A DNA stretch of 10,748 nt from Candidatus Eiseniibacteriota bacterium (GTDB lineage: Bacteria; Eisenbacteria; RBG-16-71-46; JABDJR01; JAWXBZ01). Numbering within the stretch: the stretch's first letter is position 1; each line of letters opens with the position of its first letter. The notes under the pieces were generated by a model. It ran no database searches. It saw only the letters and a program-made list of their open reading frames with translations, and had not been told where the DNA came from. Position numbers and translations under genes: made by a program. This document shows, piece after piece, positions 8,464 to 10,748 of this stretch. The stretch lies in assembly GCA_034440375.1 (NCBI GenBank), contig JAWXBZ010000213.1:1-10748 (forward strand), read 5' to 3'.

Positions 8464-9369
8464 ATGGCATCCACCCCGGACGCGCTCCGATTCCTTGACC
8501 CAAAGGTCGTTGGCCAGCTGTCGAGCCTCGACATGGTGGCCAAGCTGGTGGTCGAAGGGTTCCTGACCGGCCTGCACAAGAGCCCCTATCACGGCTTTTC
8601 CGTGGAGTTCGCCGAGCACCGCCAGTACATGCCCGGCGATCCGATCCGTCACATCGATTGGAAACTCTACGCCAAGACGGATCGCTACTTCGTGAAGATG
8701 TACGAGGAGGAAACGAACCTCCGCGCGCATCTTCTCATCGACTCCTCGGCCTCAATGGGCTACGCCAGCCCCGGCCAGTTGACCAAACTGCGCTACGGCA
8801 CCTACCTGGCCGCATCGCTGGCCTACCTGATGATCAATCAGCAGGACTCGGTGGGCCTCTTGACCTACGCCGACACGATCCGCCGGTTCATTCCGCCGCG
8901 CGCCGTCAAGACGCATCTCAAGGTGCTTTATGCGGAGATGGACGCGATGAAACCGACGGCCACCACCGACACGCTCAAATCACTTCAAGACCTGGCCGAC
9001 CGAATTCACCGGCGCGGCCTGATCATCCTCATCTCGGACCTGATGGACGACTCAAAAGGTGTGCTCACCACCTTGAAGCACTTCCGCCATCGCAAGCACG
9101 ATGTCATCGTCTTCCACGTTCTCGACCCGCACGAAATCGAATTCCCCTTCAAGGACGAATCGGGATTCATCGACATGGAAACCGGCCGCGAAGTGCTGAC
9201 CCAACCTTGGGAAATCGCGAAGGAATATCGCAAGAACTTTAAAGCCTGGCAGGAGGCCTACGCCCGTGAATGCCGAGCCAATCTCATCGACTACGTCCCA
9301 ATCGACACCTCGACGCCGTTTGACCGGACCTTGCTGGCCTACCTCGAGAAGCGGCGCCGCTTGGCGTAG
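8464..9369 (+). CDS. DUF58 domain protein with VWA/MIDAS motif (MoxR partner)
   Basis: GLHKSPYHGFSVEFAEHRQYMPGDPIRHIDWK, MIDAS-like DSSAS and LIILISD. Canonical position directly after moxR. Confidence 0.94.
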   Translation: MASTPDALRFLDPKVVGQLSSLDMVAKLVVEGFLTGLHKSPYHGFSVEFAEHRQYMPGDPIRHIDWKLYAKTDRYFVKMYEEETNLRAHLLIDSSASMGYASPGQLTKLRYGTYLAASLAYLMINQQDSVGLLTYADTIRRFIPPRAVKTHLKVLYAEMDAMKPTATTDTLKSLQDLADRIHRRGLIILISDLMDDSKGVLTTLKHFRHRKHDVIVFHVLDPHEIEFPFKDESGFIDMETGREVLTQPWEIAKEYRKNFKAWQEAYARECRANLIDYVPIDTSTPFDRTLLAYLEKRRRLA

Positions 9370-10495
9370 CAGGCGGCGATCGCTTCGCTCCCTGATCCTG
9401 GCTGGCACCGCACTCGGCCTGTTGTCAGGCTGTGGTGACGACGACGATTCGGATCCAACCCCCGTGCTCGTGGAAATCGGTGGCGCCGATGGGCGCATTC
9501 TCGATTCGGAGTACGTGTCCCGGCGTTATTTTTCGCTCGAGAACCTGCGGGTGCCGATCGAGCCGATCGAGCCACAGGATATCGAGCTCTTTCAGTCGAC
9601 CAGAACTCCCGAAGCCGACCGTCGAAACGGACGTGAGACCTTCGGGGCGCGCGGCTCCCAACAAGGAGACGGAGCCGGACCGATTCTGATAGATACGGTC
9701 GTGCGGCTGACCGCAAGTGACGACTACTTCGCCTTCACCACGGACCGCGCTCGCGGCGCCGTCATCGTTCTTCGCAATTCCCTGCCCGGGAATCTGCGGC
9801 TCTACGCGGGCTACAAGACGGGTGATGCCGGTACCCCCGGCCAGGTCGGCAATTACTGGAGTGAGCGTGCGCCGGGCGATTCTCTGAGCCTGAAACCCCT
9901 CGCCCTCACCGAAGCGGACGTCACCGGCACCACGCTTTCCGGTGACTTCATCGACTACACCCTCCGCCTGGAGCGACGAAACATCTATTCACTTGATGTT
10001 CGGGACATCGACCTGAATTCCTTGAACCTGACGATCAGCCGAATCGGTGCCGCCGATCCCACCCGGATCGACGGCGTGCCCCTGCTCGAGGCCACCGGAC
10101 TCGACTTGCTCCTCAATGTCACCAGACAGGGATGCGGCACCCTCGACATCACGCCGTTTCCGGGTGGCCCCGACGGCAGGGTCGACCCTCAGTGGATCGA
10201 CGAGCAGAACGGCCTCATTTTCTTCCCCGACCTCCAACCCTTCGACCCCGACCCGTTCGACCTGGTCGACCCGGAAACGGGTGAGGTCCGAAATCCCTGT
10301 CGGGAGCGCGTCATCGGCTGGGAGTTGTTCGACCCAACCCCCGGGACTCCGGGAGACGAAGGGTATCGCCGGACTTCCGGGCAACAGCAGCCGGACGAAC
10401 GCAATGCGGCGTTGTACGGCACGTTTCGAGCCAATCCCGCGGAAGCTCGTTACGAGATCACCGGGTTCTTTGAGGTTGAGACGGATTCCGAATGA
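9266..10495 (+). CDS. Predicted lipoprotein resembling an internal segment of the T9SS translocon SprA/Sov (start uncertain)
   Basis: Lipobox LSG-C (Cys codon 9431-9433) after RRRSLRSLILAGTALGL. Colinear SprA-like motifs: ILDSEYVSRRYF, ERRNIYSL, PLLEATGLD, PDGRVD, IDEQNGLIFFPDLQPF and ALY...RYEITG. The in-frame canonical starts upstream of the signal peptide are GTG 9266 and TTG 9320, both inside DUF58. Confidence 0.72.
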   Translation: MNAEPISSTTSQSTPRRRLTGPCWPTSRSGAAWRSRRRSLRSLILAGTALGLLSGCGDDDDSDPTPVLVEIGGADGRILDSEYVSRRYFSLENLRVPIEPIEPQDIELFQSTRTPEADRRNGRETFGARGSQQGDGAGPILIDTVVRLTASDDYFAFTTDRARGAVIVLRNSLPGNLRLYAGYKTGDAGTPGQVGNYWSERAPGDSLSLKPLALTEADVTGTTLSGDFIDYTLRLERRNIYSLDVRDIDLNSLNLTISRIGAADPTRIDGVPLLEATGLDLLLNVTRQGCGTLDITPFPGGPDGRVDPQWIDEQNGLIFFPDLQPFDPDPFDLVDPETGEVRNPCRERVIGWELFDPTPGTPGDEGYRRTSGQQQPDERNAALYGTFRANPAEARYEITGFFEVETDSE

Positions 10496-10690
10496 GCTCG
10501 TGATGATCAGGGGGGGGTCGTACACGGGGGGTCTTTCCTTACTCGAGTTGTAGTCGGGAGGCTGACCTACCTCTATTTTAGGGTATTCCCGGCTGCTGAT
10601 TCAGGCAAGCTCCAAATTCGCAGATTTGTTATTTTGCGGCCCGGATCATCGTATCTGTAGAAGCGGCGGCGCCTGGCGTGATCTCGGGTG

Positions 10691-10748
10691 TTACCCCTCC
10701 CGCGCCAACCGCCGCTCGTACTCCTCAATCCATCCGCGAATCCGCGGG
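10691..10748 (-). CDS. Possible 3' end of a convergent gene entering from the right edge
   Basis: The minus frame from 10747 reads PRIRGWIEEYERRLAREG-TAA (stop at 10693-10691). It looks like a charged amphipathic helix with GC-rich codon usage, but only 18 codons are visible. Confidence 0.45.
   Translation of the reverse strand, partial: PRIRGWIEEYERRLAREG

Noticed and set aside
9266-10495. Calling the last ORF sprA
   Set aside because: It is far too short, has no beta-barrel strands and has a lipobox. Similarity covers only one internal segment, so no gene symbol was given.

Overview
GC-rich bacterial window with two divergent gene blocks. The minus-strand block is a tightly coupled operon: ABC-2 ATPase, ABC-2 permease, TrmJ-type tRNA methyltransferase, a secreted glycine-zipper/beta-barrel protein and a DUF1572 (DinB-fold) protein. 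The plus-strand block holds a BON-domain lipoprotein and a glycine-rich general-stress membrane protein behind a sigma54-type promoter with IHF-like and palindromic enhancer-like sites, closed by a perfect 17-bp hairpin. It continues with a SAM methyltransferase, a MoxR AAA+ ATPase, a DUF58/VWA protein and a predicted lipoprotein. The most interesting observation is that lipoprotein (about 9266/9320-10495). Its mature part follows, in order, motifs I recall from an internal non-barrel segment of the type IX secretion translocon SprA/Sov, but it is only about 350 aa and stands alone where the VWA/Bat genes of a MoxR-DUF58 operon usually sit. All family assignments come from motif recognition by eye, not from database searches. 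No tRNA, rRNA, CRISPR array or mobile element was recognised.
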